Counted from the first letter of the whole stretch, positions 23,182 to 34,554 are shown. The stretch is DNA of 60,684 nucleotides, filler included, from Nemertoderma westbladi (GCA_032718475.1; 2 parts of 2 records of this genome joined end to end with filler, not necessarily neighbours in it), one strand, 5' to 3'. Program-made: numbers and translations. The notes: generated by a model not told the origin, from the letters alone.

Positions 23182-25490
23182 GAAAAATCTTCCACCGGCT
23201 CTTCAAAGCCGCACCGGGCTGACTGGTATAAAACATAAAATCAGCCTGTTATACTGTACAGTACCTGTAGTTTATTCGGTTATCTATAATACTGCTGTAC
23301 TGCAGCTGCACCAATCCGAGTTTACTTAAACCTGTAAACGAACGAAAGTTGTGGGTGGGTGAAATGAAAATAAGGATACAGAGACGGAAAACCTTAATAA
23401 AGACAAATGCAACAAGTACAGTAGGTACGTTGTTTTATTCCAAAAGTGTAACATTACGAAACAACTACTTAAGAAACACTGCATGTAAATTTTTGTTGTC
23501 AAGTAAAGTGTACATTTTTTGAAATTACTCAAATGTTACAATATGAATTATAGAAAGAATATTAAAGACTACTTCAGTGTAGGCCTAGTCCTTGTATTTA
23601 TGTACTACGTTCTACTTTATTACATACTACGTACTGCGGTCTGGTATACGTCTATGCTACAGATACGGTATGTCTGAATGAATAATGACTAGCTGTATAT
23701 ATGTTATGTTATGTTATTAATATCGCCAGAATAACAATATAATATTAATTTTTGCACATGTACGTACACGTACAGTAGATTAAAATAAAATGAACACATC
23801 TGGCAAAGTACGCTAATAAGCGTATGTACTATTGTACTAAAAATACGGATAATGGTATTCAGGTAAAATTAGTAAAATATTTAAAATTATAGTTTATTTA
23901 CAGTACTTACAGTACAGTTGGTGCATATTAATTATAAAAAAAAATGAAATTACACTAAAATTAAATTAAAAACCGGCAAAGCATACTTACAGTAGTGTAA
24001 AAGCCTTTGCTGAATTGCCCCGTTATTTTTATTATCTTTTACATTAAAATACTCTGTAGTTGATTTAATAAGTGTAAGAGACCGTATTATTGCTGTATCG
24101 GTGTTTTTAGAGGATCTAAGACCTATTTCCTCCGTATGTGTACTGTGAAAGGCATATTTTGTGATTCTATGGCAATTCGTGACGCAAAGGGGTGATAGCT
24201 ACTCTTGAACAGTAGTTACTATGACTACGGTTAACAGCTGACATTCATACGTGTTGATTTCCTTTGTTCTACGGCGTCTCTCAGTTCAGTCAGCCAATGA
24301 GAGCGTTTTTGTGGCTCCTTGTACAGAAAATTTCCGAGAAATGACGCAATGCCTATGTGCAGTGTTTACATTCAGTCCTGAGCCAAAGAAAGAACGGCTT
24401 GGAAGTATTTTGTGCTGTACTGCTTTTTAGTCGTACACTGGTAGGTTTAATTATAAAGGGCATATATCCTTTAACATACAAAACAAACTGACTACTTGAA
24501 TATCTCATGCCTATGTACCGGTACTGACTTGTTGTTTTATACTGCTATTTGCTGTCAGTTCTTCATAATATGGTTGATGAATAATTATATTTGGAATAAC
24601 GATAAATAACCCCGCAACCCAATATTCTTGATATACCTAAGGTAAGAGAGAAAGGTTACCAATAACGATTGTGACTTATGTTAAAGTGGTTTGAAGTGAA
24701 TCTAATGTTATTTGATAGACCCTACATGAGTCAGCCTGTGTTCCTTTTATATGTGACTAAAATCAGTGAAGATTGGCAGATTAGTGTGCAGTATTGTGCA
24801 GCATAGTGTATGAGTGAGTCTGTTAAAGAAGCAATTCCTAAAGAATGCGCCATATATGTGAATTATAATTAAGCCATATCGTTGTGAGTAGTTTAAGTCA
24901 TAACTCTGTTTATATAGATAAAGCGCCACGTCCTAAAGGAACTGTTAATATTACCGAAGGTGAATAATATTGTCAGAGATTATATAATACTGTCAGTCGA
25001 ATAATACATTAGGCTTACATAGCAATAAAAATTAAACCGTCGAACCCAATCTCCCGGGAATATCCAGCGGGTGAATGGTCGCGCACGGATTGGTTTCGAC
25101 TAGTGTAGTGAATCAAATACTTGTCATAGACTAAAAGCAGATTTATTATCTAGAAGACATTCTAATTTGGCGGGTTAAACTGCCAAAGGTCTGAAAGCGC
25201 GAACATTAAAGGATATAGCTTCTTTATTGCAGTAAGCAATAAAGTCGAAAGTACCGGTCGACCGGTAACCAGTAGGCCTGACTGCCTGATCATCCGGACC
25301 GGTACCTAATTCCGTATAAGTACAGCAGTATTATTCGATTTGATTATATATGCCGGTAGGTCTTAGTACTTAATCAGGGAACGGCCGCCCTGATTTTTTA
25401 TTGAGATTTTACTTATTTCTGTCAAGTTTTATTTATTTGTAGGCCAGTATTGAACAGAAGGCGTGTAAGCCTGATCAGATTGTACAGACG

Positions 25491-26050
25491 ATTTGTAGGC
25501 TGAGCTGTTGTCTGATTGCTGTTAAGTCCGAACGAATTGCAGTGTGTGTAGAGCACTTGTCCGATTAAGTACGGTTAGGAAGTAGGGGCAGCCAATGCGG
25601 TAAGGTAATCCCCCAGCTAAAGAATAAGTCGCACTACTGGGTTAGAGCGCATACTCCCTAATCATTTCGGAGTCTGCATGTCCTGTAATTTATTTAGGCT
25701 TGAGAGTAGTCTGCCATCGTTTGGTCTGTACTTTGTTTGTGTAGTCTGTACAGGTAGCGTATAATATCATTTAGATAATTTGTAGGCTGGATAGTTGTCT
25801 GTCTGTTATTAGGTCTGAACGGATTGCAGTGTGTGTAGAGCCCTTGTCCGATAAAGAACGGTTGGGAAGTTGGGGTAGCCATTGCTGTAAAGTAAACCCC
25901 CAATTAAAGAATAAGTCGTACTACTGGGTTAGAACGCATACTACCTAACTATTTCGGAGTCTGCATGTCCTGTAGTTTATTTAGGCTTGATAGTAGTCTG
26001 TCAGTATTTAGTCTGCATTTTTGTTTGAGTGGTTTGTACGCGTAGCGTAA
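25491..26050. repeat. Diverged tandem duplication, ~287-bp unit x2
   Basis: GTCCGAACGAATTGCAGTGTGTGTAGAGC (25526) recurs as GTCTGAACGGATTGCAGTGTGTGTAGAGC (25813), with colinear similarity across the unit. Confidence 0.88.
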
Positions 26051-26996
26051 TATTTATTATTCAGAGTTTATGCGATTATTCGCAACATTCATTCCCCAAG
26101 TTTGTTCCTACAGTAATTGTGTTTGTTATACATACCGCTATAGTTAAATTAACCTCGGTACTACATGGGCTGCTTGGCGTAGGTAAAGACTGGTGATTTT
26201 GTGCATCGGTCACTCCAGCAGATGCCGTGGTTCTTTTGGCTGTTCAAGTATATTTAACTACTGATTATTTGTTATACAAGTACTCGTACCTAATTTAGGG
26301 TTTAGTGTATAGTACTTTCCGAAGTAATTATTGTAGGCATTATATTTGTGTTGTAAAGTGGTTGATAGGCACATTCGATTAGCTCTATTAACCTCTAGGT
26401 AGGAACACTCCGTGATACATAACGTAGAACCTATAGCGACACGGCTATAGGTCGTCAGGCGGTGGTATTTTCCTATCTAGACAACGCAGTGTATTTACTA
26501 CTACTTATTATTTCAAAACACCGTAGTACCCTGTCCGCTGTAATAATCAGTTTTCTAACCCTTTGTTAGGCTGGTTTGTAGACTTCTTGTAAAATTACCC
26601 TGAAAATTTGTATTTTGTGTTTTTGTAAATTTTTGTGTTTATTTAGAGATTGTAATCTCACCCGAATTGTACGTAATTTGTAGTATTAAGTAACTTAGGT
26701 AAATTAGAATTATTTGTTTTAGTGTCTATAAGTAACACTTCATTGAAAGCGCACCGCTTTGTGTAGTGATTACCCCCCAGAAATAATAACATTTATTTCA
26801 AACATTGACAAAACCCATTAAAACGGGTATATATATATATTATAAATCAAATCTAACGATTTATAAATAGTAGGCCTACCATATAACCATTAGGTCTCAA
26901 TATCAGTTGGACTACTGCTTAAATAACGGCAATAAAGTAGGTTAAAGTAACCAAGTAACCCTTAAAATTCAGAAATTCAGTTATTTAAAATAATTG

Positions 26997-27375
26997 ATAT
27001 ACCGGTATTTACAATAGGCTTATTATATTTATTTCTATAAATTTTAGGTTGAAATCATACCGGTATTCTGTAATTAATTCTAGTTTGTAATTATACTTAT
27101 ATATATACACTATAAGTGTAAACTGCATACCGGTATTTACGATAGGCCTATTATCTTTATTTCTATAAATTTAGGCTGAAATTATACCGGTACTTTATAA
27201 TTAATTCTAGTCCAGAATTATACTTATATATGCTACAAACTGTAAGCTGTATACCGGTATTCCCTATAGGCCTATTATATATATATATATATTTGTGCTA
27301 AAATTATACCGGTATTCTGTGATAAACCTAGTCTGTAATAATAGTTATATATACTATAAGCATACCGGTATTCTA
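26997..27375. repeat. Degenerate AT-rich tandem repeat built on the palindrome ATACCGGTAT (~125-bp higher-order unit x3)
   Basis: ATACCGGTA at ~26999, 27057, 27127, 27184, 27251, 27306, 27362, alternating with ATAGGCC/TTATTAT and TAATTAATTCTAG blocks. Confidence 0.75.
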
Positions 27376-27506
27376 ATATATTATATATATCACGCTACAC
27401 TGAGTAGCAGTACCGGTAATTAATTACTAGGCTAGCAGTTAATACTGAGTTACTAGACTTGCTCAGACTGTAATACAGCAGTAGACATTCAACTGTACAC
27501 ATAAGC

Positions 27507-28623
27507 ATGTCTGACGCAAAGCAGAATCTGTCAGACAGTCTACTAGATACAACCGAGAGCGAAGTGACAGCAGAGAAACCGCATAAGAGGGATGCCATTG
27601 ATATCTATCTGTCAGACTATCAACGTTTTTTAGGTGATGACGAATTGAGGAGAAGGTTAGAGGGACTTAACCCTAATAGCGAAGGAGCCAAGTTTGTGTT
27701 GGACGCAATAGATGCGGAAATGTTGGCAGCGAATAGAGCGGAAGTTGATGAAAGAATCCGCATCGTTAGAGAATGGGAACAACAGTTGAAGAAAAAACAG
27801 ATAGAAGACAGAAAGACAGCAGCAATAACAGCGGCAAAGGCAAAAGCAGCAGCGGCAATGGCAGTGGCAGAAGCGGAACGGAGGGCATCTGAAGAAAAGG
27901 TCCAACTAGAGTTGGAGGAATCTTCAAGAGGCGCACGATTACTTAAATAAGCAGATAACGGCTAGTGATATGCAGCTGATAAGTCGGACTACTTCCAAGA
28001 GACAGGGATTTACATCCTCTGATGAAGGAGATACAACAGATCCTGAAGGCAGAAGAAATAAATCTCGTTATAACGGACGTAGAAGGGCGCTACATCGGCA
28101 GAAATTGCCTGATTTGCCTACAGCCGTGAGAAGGCAACTAGCTAGTGTAGATCTAAGTAATCCTGAGCCTTCAGACCCAATTAGAGTAGAAAGACTCCCT
28201 ACTATAGTAGATGAGCCTGAAATAATTGGACCTGTTCTTGAAATCACCCCCTTCGGTAATAGATACACCTGTCCTCCCTGAAGCTACCTATAAATTCCCT
28301 CTGCATAGCACTAAGCTACCTGTGCCCCGTAGAACTGCCCAGGAGGACAGTTCAGGTCCTGGACCCCGAGCGAAATATTCCAAATTTGTCGCCCGTTGTC
28401 CCTCGTCTGCCCGCTACGACGTTGGCGGATCCCGTTTCGGCGGTTGATTGGGTAGACGAGAGACGGCGGGGGATGGATATTCTCCTCGGAGAGATGAAGG
28501 AGAATCAGAGACTCTCCTCCCAACAGGTCCGAGAGTTGGAAGGGACTGTCCAACATTTAAAGGGAACAGTGAGGGAAAGTAAGTTAGAGTTGCAAGAAGT
28601 GCAGCAAAATATCGCGCTAGAGC
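27507..28623 (+). pseudogene. Interrupted coiled-coil ORF, possibly the gag-like 5' part of another retroelement cut by the assembly gap
   Basis: Consecutive ORFs 27507-27950, 27970-28281 and 28386-gap are coding-like in composition with coiled-coil stretches, after a long repeat-containing leader. No diagnostic motif recognised. Confidence 0.3.
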
Positions 28624-28723
28624 NNNNNNNNNNNNNNNNNNNNNNNNNNNNNNNNNNNNNNNNNNNNTTAATTAATTAANNNNNNNNNNNNNNNNNNNNN
28701 NNNNNNNNNNNNNNNNNNNNNNN
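28624..28723. other. 100-bp assembly gap containing the artificial linker TTAATTAATTAA
   Basis: 44 N + TTAATTAATTAA (28668-28679; stops in all six frames) + 44 N. Confidence 0.97.
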
Positions 28724-28845
28724 ATTGCACTTATATGATTATTTTGCATTAATTAAATTTGTACTTAATAGTTCGTGCATCCCACGCGGCGCCTTCCAGG
28801 CGTACCACGTCCAAGTCCCAGTCTCTCTCCCTCGACTCTGGGAAC

Positions 28846-31392
28846 CTATCTGTTCCTCCGGGGGTAGTTCCCCCTGGCGTCCTCTTCCCTGGGTCGTTTC
28901 TTGGTTATCACCGTTCCTCTGGCATCATCCGCTTTCTGCTTTCGGACCTTCGCCGCCACTTCCTTGCTGATCCCGGTCGTTGGCTCCTTGGGCGCTGGTG
29001 TTATTAGTGCCCGATATCGCTTCGCCGGTGGCCCCTCAGAGTGGCCCGGTTGTCTCCCTCTAGTGGCGTCCCATAGGATCATTTTCATTGCCTTTGGTAC
29101 GTGCTCCGCCAAGAAATCCCTAAACTCCCTTCGGTTCTCTGGCGTCCACCTGTCCAGATACCTTTGCGTGTTCATCACTCCAGCGTACGACGCCGCCGTT
29201 GCTACCTCTTGGTAGGTAAACGGTAGCCTCCGCTTTATGATTTCCATGTGAGTCTCCTGATTGATAAGGAAGAAACCCCACTTAAACACCTGGGCCTTCA
29301 TGCGCTGGCGCGTCATGGCCCCGACGTCGGCCCACTCCTCGAATCTTGTGAACTTCTCCTCGTCGTTCATCCAGTCGCACTCGCGTCCGTAGTGTCCCCG
29401 AAAGTGGCACTTTGGACATCGGTTATGCAACCGTGGACACGCCCCCATCCTGTGACTTGGTTCTCTGCAGTAGAGACAAAAGGTTCCCTTTTGGAACCGG
29501 TATAGGCAGCTGCTTTCCCGATGGGTCTGTCTCCCACAGTAGTCGCAGCCGAGTACCAATGTCTCCCGTCCCACCTCGTCTTTCGTCCCAAGCGATCTCC
29601 GCGGCCTGTGGAGTCGCTGGTAGGCGAACTTCTCTACGTTGGTCTCTCTATCTACGTCGATCTCTCCGCCCCTCTCGGGCATCGTCTCCCCGAATACTAT
29701 CCGTGGTGCCGTCCCCGGTTGCTCGCCCAACCTGATGGTGCTCCCCGCGAAATCCATCGCCGGCTCCTCGTGCACCCAGGTCCGCTTGCCGGATCTGTTC
29801 CAGAAGGCCCTCGCCCCACTGGCCGTCACCACCCTTCCGCCAACCCAGTCCGTGTCCGAGTGGCCTATCCTCTCGATGGGCGGCATCTCTCCGAACTCGT
29901 CGTCGTCGTCCTCTTCTGGTAGTGTCTCCAATCCCGGTATCCCGATGGATCCACTATGTCCCTTCCCGCCTTGGCTCTCGCCCGTAGCTCTCCATCCCTC
30001 TAGCTCCCTTAACTTCCTTGGCGGTTGGTCGCCCTCGGCGCCCGCTTGTATGGGCATCGTTTGCAACCCCGACGTCGACTGTTTCGGCGATCCCACCGTC
30101 CATCCCAATTCTCGCCCTAGAGACTCCCCCGAACTCCCTGATGAAGTCCAATGAAGCTCGTCTAGGCCCGCCTGTTCCTCGAAGCCGTAACTCTGTGTCC
30201 TGGCCTCCTCTTCCCTCTCCTCTGCTTCTATCCTCTCCCGTCTAGCGACTTCTTCCAGTCGCTTTGCTTCTCGTCTATCCGTCTCTAGCTGCTCCCATCT
30301 CTGATACGGTGTATCTGTCTCCCCGTCTACCAGATGTCGGCTGTTGTAGTACACCGACTCGCCCTTCAGCCCCGGGTGGTCTACCAGACCGTCAAAGGCC
30401 ACTTTAAAGGCTCTCCTGTAGCTTAGGGGTGATCCCGATAACAGAAATGCCCCTGGTTCCCTCTCGATAATCACGGTCATGAATAAGTTAAGCAAACTTA
30501 TCATCATCCAGTCCTCCTGCAGGATATATCGCTTCTGATATACCTTTATCGCTCCCCTGCGGAACTGATATACCTCCTGCTTTCCCGGTCTCGCTCCCCA
30601 CTTCAGCGAGTTCGCTAGTTCTGCTCCGTATTCTTCCCTAAACTTCCCCCAGTCCATCGGTTTGTGGCATACGAGCCCCAATAATTGGCCCATCGCCACC
30701 GCCCCGCATTGGCCTGTGTTTTCGACTACCCCCAATCCATCCGGTGCCGTCATAGCCATAAAGACTTTCTGCATATCCAGGAGGTTGGTGGCGTCCGGAC
30801 CGATGATCCTCTCCGCGTCCTCGCGAATCGCCGATCCCACTTTCGTCGTCGACTTCTCTCTTACTAAGACTTGTACCGCTTTCGGTAATCGGTCTAATTT
30901 CGGCCCGTCCTTCTTCCCATACGTCCCTAGGTCGAATAAGAAGATGTCCCCATTTGGCGCGGCCAAATGTAGGAGTATGGTCCTGGCCGACCCTGCCGTT
31001 CCTCGTCTCGAACCCGCCTCGTCTTCCACGGTTCCCTCGTCATCTAGGATCATATATCCTCCTCTGTTGACGGACTCTATGAATCTCTTCCAGTCCTTCC
31101 TCGGTGATTCCCTCGGGTATTTCGGAATCCCGAACTTCGCCTCGTCCCCTTTCACCACGTAGTGGAAGTGTTGGAAGATCGCGTTGTCCAGCGACGGGGT
31201 CCCGTAGGTCCCGACCAGCCGCTGTTCGTGCGCCTCCCGGAAGTGATCCTGCAGCGCTCGTGCCGCGTGACCCCTTTCCAACCTCTCGTAGTATCCTCTC
31301 GTCTTCTCTTTCGGATGCCTCTCGGTGAAATCCACCAATATCTCCTTTCCTCCTGACTCCGCCTTTCTCTTTCTGATCAACTTACTCGCCAT
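28846..31392 (-). CDS. Accessory ORF, 848 aa: DEDDy-like 3'-5' exonuclease domain + coiled coil/disordered linker + three CCHC zinc knuckles
   Basis: MILDDEG (ExoI D117/E119), ILLHLAAPNGDIFLFDL, LPKAVQVLVREKSTTKVGSAIREDA (ExoII D192), LLDMQ, GAVAMGQLLGLVCHK and QKRYILQED (ExoIII-like Y289..E293/D294) follow the RNase D/WRN/EXD/Mut-7 pattern. CDYCGRQTHRESSC, CLYCREPSHRMGAC and CPKCHFRGHYGREC are CX2CX4HX4C. Confidence 0.78.
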   Translation of the reverse strand: MASKLIRKRKAESGGKEILVDFTERHPKEKTRGYYERLERGHAARALQDHFREAHEQRLVGTYGTPSLDNAIFQHFHYVVKGDEAKFGIPKYPRESPRKDWKRFIESVNRGGYMILDDEGTVEDEAGSRRGTAGSARTILLHLAAPNGDIFLFDLGTYGKKDGPKLDRLPKAVQVLVREKSTTKVGSAIREDAERIIGPDATNLLDMQKVFMAMTAPDGLGVVENTGQCGAVAMGQLLGLVCHKPMDWGKFREEYGAELANSLKWGARPGKQEVYQFRRGAIKVYQKRYILQEDWMMISLLNLFMTVIIEREPGAFLLSGSPLSYRRAFKVAFDGLVDHPGLKGESVYYNSRHLVDGETDTPYQRWEQLETDRREAKRLEEVARRERIEAEEREEEARTQSYGFEEQAGLDELHWTSSGSSGESLGRELGWTVGSPKQSTSGLQTMPIQAGAEGDQPPRKLRELEGWRATGESQGGKGHSGSIGIPGLETLPEEDDDDEFGEMPPIERIGHSDTDWVGGRVVTASGARAFWNRSGKRTWVHEEPAMDFAGSTIRLGEQPGTAPRIVFGETMPERGGEIDVDRETNVEKFAYQRLHRPRRSLGTKDEVGRETLVLGCDYCGRQTHRESSCLYRFQKGTFCLYCREPSHRMGACPRLHNRCPKCHFRGHYGRECDWMNDEEKFTRFEEWADVGAMTRQRMKAQVFKWGFFLINQETHMEIIKRRLPFTYQEVATAASYAGVMNTQRYLDRWTPENRREFRDFLAEHVPKAMKMILWDATRGRQPGHSEGPPAKRYRALITPAPKEPTTGISKEVAAKVRKQKADDARGTVITKKRPREEDARGNYPRRNR

Positions 31393-31879
31393 TCCGAATG
31401 TTCACTCGCTCACCTGCAAGGTGGTGCCTTACCAAGGCGCAATACAGATGAGTGATGTATCTAGGATGTTCTGTACAGTTCGATAATGGCCTATTTCCTA
31501 CTCAACTGCGCCTTTTTAACCTAAATTATTCCTAATTAATTTTGAAGCTAGTAAATGAGCGTAATTTACAATTTCTGTCCGTTACTTTTATTATGTTCTA
31601 GAATAACTTCCCTTGTGTTGCCACTATTTTACAACTTTCAGCCCTATTCTATTTATTTATCTATTTACTTTGATTCTACTGTCCTACTACTTACTACTGC
31701 CTATGGATTATCCTATTCTCTAATCCACATTCTGGCCTACTCTGTGGGCCTATGCAGTACAGCAGTATGCATCGTGTGGCCACACGATTTATCCAGCTGT
31801 ACTCATATGCCCCCCTCTCTCTACTAACTGCTAACTAATACCTATATCTATATCCCCCTTTTACCTCTTACTCTCTCTC

Positions 31880-32465
31880 TTCTAACTAACGGTACTACGT
31901 ACCCTCTAACTCTTCTCTAACTAACTAGCGGTACTTACGTACCCTCTAACTCTCTAACTAGCTATCGGTACTACGTACCCTCTAACTCTAACTAACTATG
32001 GGTACTACGTACCCTCTAACTCTCTAACTAACTATCGGTACTACGTACCCTCTAACTCTAACTAACTAGCGGTACTACGTACCCTCTAACTCTCTAACTA
32101 ACTATCGGTACTACGTACCCTCTAACTCTAACTAACTAGCGGTACTACGTACCCTCTAACTCTCTAACTAACTATCGGTACTACGTACCCTCTAACTCTA
32201 GCTAACTAGCTGGCGGTACTACGTACCTCCTAACTAACTAACTAACTAACGGTACTTACGTACCCTCTAACTAACTCTCTAGCTGGCGGTACTACGTACC
32301 TCCTAACTAACTAACTAACTAACTAACTAACGGTACTTACGTACCCTCTAACTAACTCTCTAGCTGGCGGTACTACGTACCTCCTAACTAACTAACTAAC
32401 TAACTAACGGTACTTACGTACCCTCTAACTAACTCTCTAGCTGGCGGTACTACGTACCTCCTTCC
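31880..32465 (-). repeat. Tandem array of 16 mini stem-loops GGTAC-(T)TAC-GTACC separated by low-complexity CTAA/CTCT linkers (34-44 bp period)
   Basis: GGTAC(T)TACGTACC at about 31891, 31929, 31967, 32001, 32037, 32071, 32107, 32141, 32177, 32215, 32251, 32288, 32332, 32369, 32409 and 32446. Confidence 0.93.
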
Positions 32466-32607
32466 TACTAACTGCGTACCTACTATGTACTATTATTTTA
32501 TTTTTATTTTATTTTTCAAATTTTATATGTGGGAAGGGCGTCTCGCCCTCAATCCCACCCCCCTCAGTCCAAAACTTGGACGACTAAACTACGCACTAAC
32601 TCCACTT

Positions 32608-34554
32608 CTAAGGTGCCCCTTCTAGAAGACAGCATTTCCCTACCGCTCTCCTGTAGGTTTTTCTGTCCTTCGCGCCTATCTTGCCACCTATCCGCACTTC
32701 TACCGATCGGACTCTTCCGTCCTCATCGGAGTAAGTGCCTACAACTCTCGCCAACCGCCACTGGTTGTTGATGATAGTATCATCCGTAACGATTACGAGA
32801 TCTCCTACTCTTAACTCCCTGTTTGGCTTCCTCCACTTGCTTCGCTTATGGAGCGTGGGTAGGTATTCTTCTACCCACCTCCTCCAATACTCTGCGCTTA
32901 TTGCTTTAGCGACTTTCCAACTCTGGCGGGAGTGTATGTCATCTGGGTCTACACCCAGCATATCGATGGTCGCTGGCCTTTCCATCAGAAAATGGCTAGG
33001 CGTCAGCACGTCTAATGACTCAGGGTCATCATTATCCGGATATAGCGGTCTGCTATTAATGATCCCCTCGCACTTCGCAAGTACTGTCCGTAAGACGTCT
33101 TCAGTGACCATGTGGGTGTTCATTAACTTCGTCATTAGACGCTTTGAACTGCCCACCAGTCTCTCGACGCATCCTAGTGTATGTGGTGCATACGGCGTCC
33201 TTCTCTCCCACTTTACTTGTCGTCTCCTCATGGCTGCCTTGACTTCTTCTCCCTCCAAGATGCCCAAGGCCTCTGCCATCTCACTCTCTGCGCCCACAAA
33301 GTTGGTGCCGTTGTCGCTGTATATCACTGCGATCGTCCCACCTTTGCGGTCCCTAAACCTTTCTAAGGCGTTAATGAACGCTGATGCGGTTGCATCTTGG
33401 GCGAGTTCTATCCCTACCGCCCGCGTGTTGTTGCATACGAAGATAATGCCGTAGCGTTTCTCTGTGTGTCGCATCACTTTGATCTTTATCGGCCTGAACA
33501 TGTCCACACCGCAATGCATAAATGGCGAGTCGTGTTGTCTTACTCTACTAGCTGGTAGTGGCGCCATCTCCTGTACGGCTCGCTCCTTCTTCGCTCGTCG
33601 GCAGGTCTGGCACTGCCCCACTACCGCTTTAACCTTCTTCCTTAATTGTTTGACCCAATAGGTCCTCCTTATCTCTGTGAGGGTTCGGTTGGTGCCCCCA
33701 TGTAATATCGATTTGTGGGAGTCCCATATGATCTGGTGGACTATTGGCGATCCTGTAGGAATGATGATGGGTTTCGGTGGCACGACTATGCTGTTGTTAT
33801 ATCCCACTCTAGAATTCATTACTAGAATCCCATCGTCATTGAGTTGTGGCGACAACGTAATCAGCTCGCTGTCCCGTCGGAGGTGCTGTTGGTTACAGAC
33901 GCGTTCCACCTCGTCGCCGTAGTTCTTCCGTTGTTCATAGCGGATCACTGCCTTGGCCGCTCCTTCCAGATCTATGGTTGCCCTGATCTTCTTGTCCTTG
34001 CCAACTCCCGCGAGGAAATTCCCGAAAGCTCTCCAGTACGCCACTAGTTTCTTGGTCTTATACCAACTAGAACTGTAGCTGAGGAGTTTATCCGTCGGGT
34101 TATCGCACAGTTCTCGTCCTGGTTGCACGTCCCTAATCTCCCTCACCATCTGGGAGTATATTTCTTCTCCCTCTGAATCTCCCTCTTCTCCTTCTGATAC
34201 TACTTCCGAGCCCGGGTCCACCTTCCTCATCGGCGGCCAGGCCTCCCTATCGCTCAGAAATTGTGGCCCATGTTGCCACAATGCTTCCTTCTTCAGGAAA
34301 GTGTGGCGTTCCACGCCCCTCGACAGCAAGTCCGCTGGGTTCTCGTCTGTTGGGCAGTAGTGCCACCTTTCCAGTTCTGTACTCGCCCTTATTTCGTCCA
34401 CTCTATTCGCGACGAATATCGGGTATCTCGTCCTTTCGTTATGTAGCCAACCAAGCACTACCATGGAGTCCGTCCAGTAGTGTGTCTCCACTATGTTGGG
34501 AATAGTATCCACTAGGTAGGCTGTGGCTCTAACTCCTAGTCTCGCAGCTGTCAA
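32608..34554 (-). CDS. BEL/Pao pol fragment: RNase H C-terminal part + integrase (frameshifted from the RT ORF)
   Basis: WTDSMVVLGW, FVANRV, NPADLLSRG, H..LHGG...CQTC zinc finger, GVDMF, SDNGTNFVGA, ERLVGS, INSRPL, LTPSHFL, W..EYLPTL, DGRVRSVEV. Confidence 0.9.
   Translation of the reverse strand: MTAARLGVRATAYLVDTIPNIVETHYWTDSMVVLGWLHNERTRYPIFVANRVDEIRASTELERWHYCPTDENPADLLSRGVERHTFLKKEALWQHGPQFLSDREAWPPMRKVDPGSEVVSEGEEGDSEGEEIYSQMVREIRDVQPGRELCDNPTDKLLSYSSSWYKTKKLVAYWRAFGNFLAGVGKDKKIRATIDLEGAAKAVIRYEQRKNYGDEVERVCNQQHLRRDSELITLSPQLNDDGILVMNSRVGYNNSIVVPPKPIIIPTGSPIVHQIIWDSHKSILHGGTNRTLTEIRRTYWVKQLRKKVKAVVGQCQTCRRAKKERAVQEMAPLPASRVRQHDSPFMHCGVDMFRPIKIKVMRHTEKRYGIIFVCNNTRAVGIELAQDATASAFINALERFRDRKGGTIAVIYSDNGTNFVGAESEMAEALGILEGEEVKAAMRRRQVKWERRTPYAPHTLGCVERLVGSSKRLMTKLMNTHMVTEDVLRTVLAKCEGIINSRPLYPDNDDPESLDVLTPSHFLMERPATIDMLGVDPDDIHSRQSWKVAKAISAEYWRRWVEEYLPTLHKRSKWRKPNRELRVGDLVIVTDDTIINNQWRLARVVGTYSDEDGRVRSVEVRIGGKIGAKDRKTYRRAVGKCCLLEGAP

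Noticed and set aside
22742-23329. Cys-rich repeat proteins in several frames
   Set aside because: By-product of a stop-free 42-bp minisatellite.
28846-31392. env gene or second gag
   Set aside because: No signal peptide or TM anchor evident; the knuckles are not preceded by a capsid-like domain, and the element already has a gag upstream.
31880-32465. CRISPR-like array (palindromic repeat with regular spacing)
   Set aside because: The spacers are near-identical low-complexity CTAA/CTCT tracts, the repeat is only 13-14 bp, there are no cas genes, and the context is a eukaryotic retroelement.
32545-32570. PPT and 3' LTR immediately after pol of element 1
   Set aside because: The G-rich block is not followed by sequence matching the 5' LTR (TGTTAGCTTATTC...).
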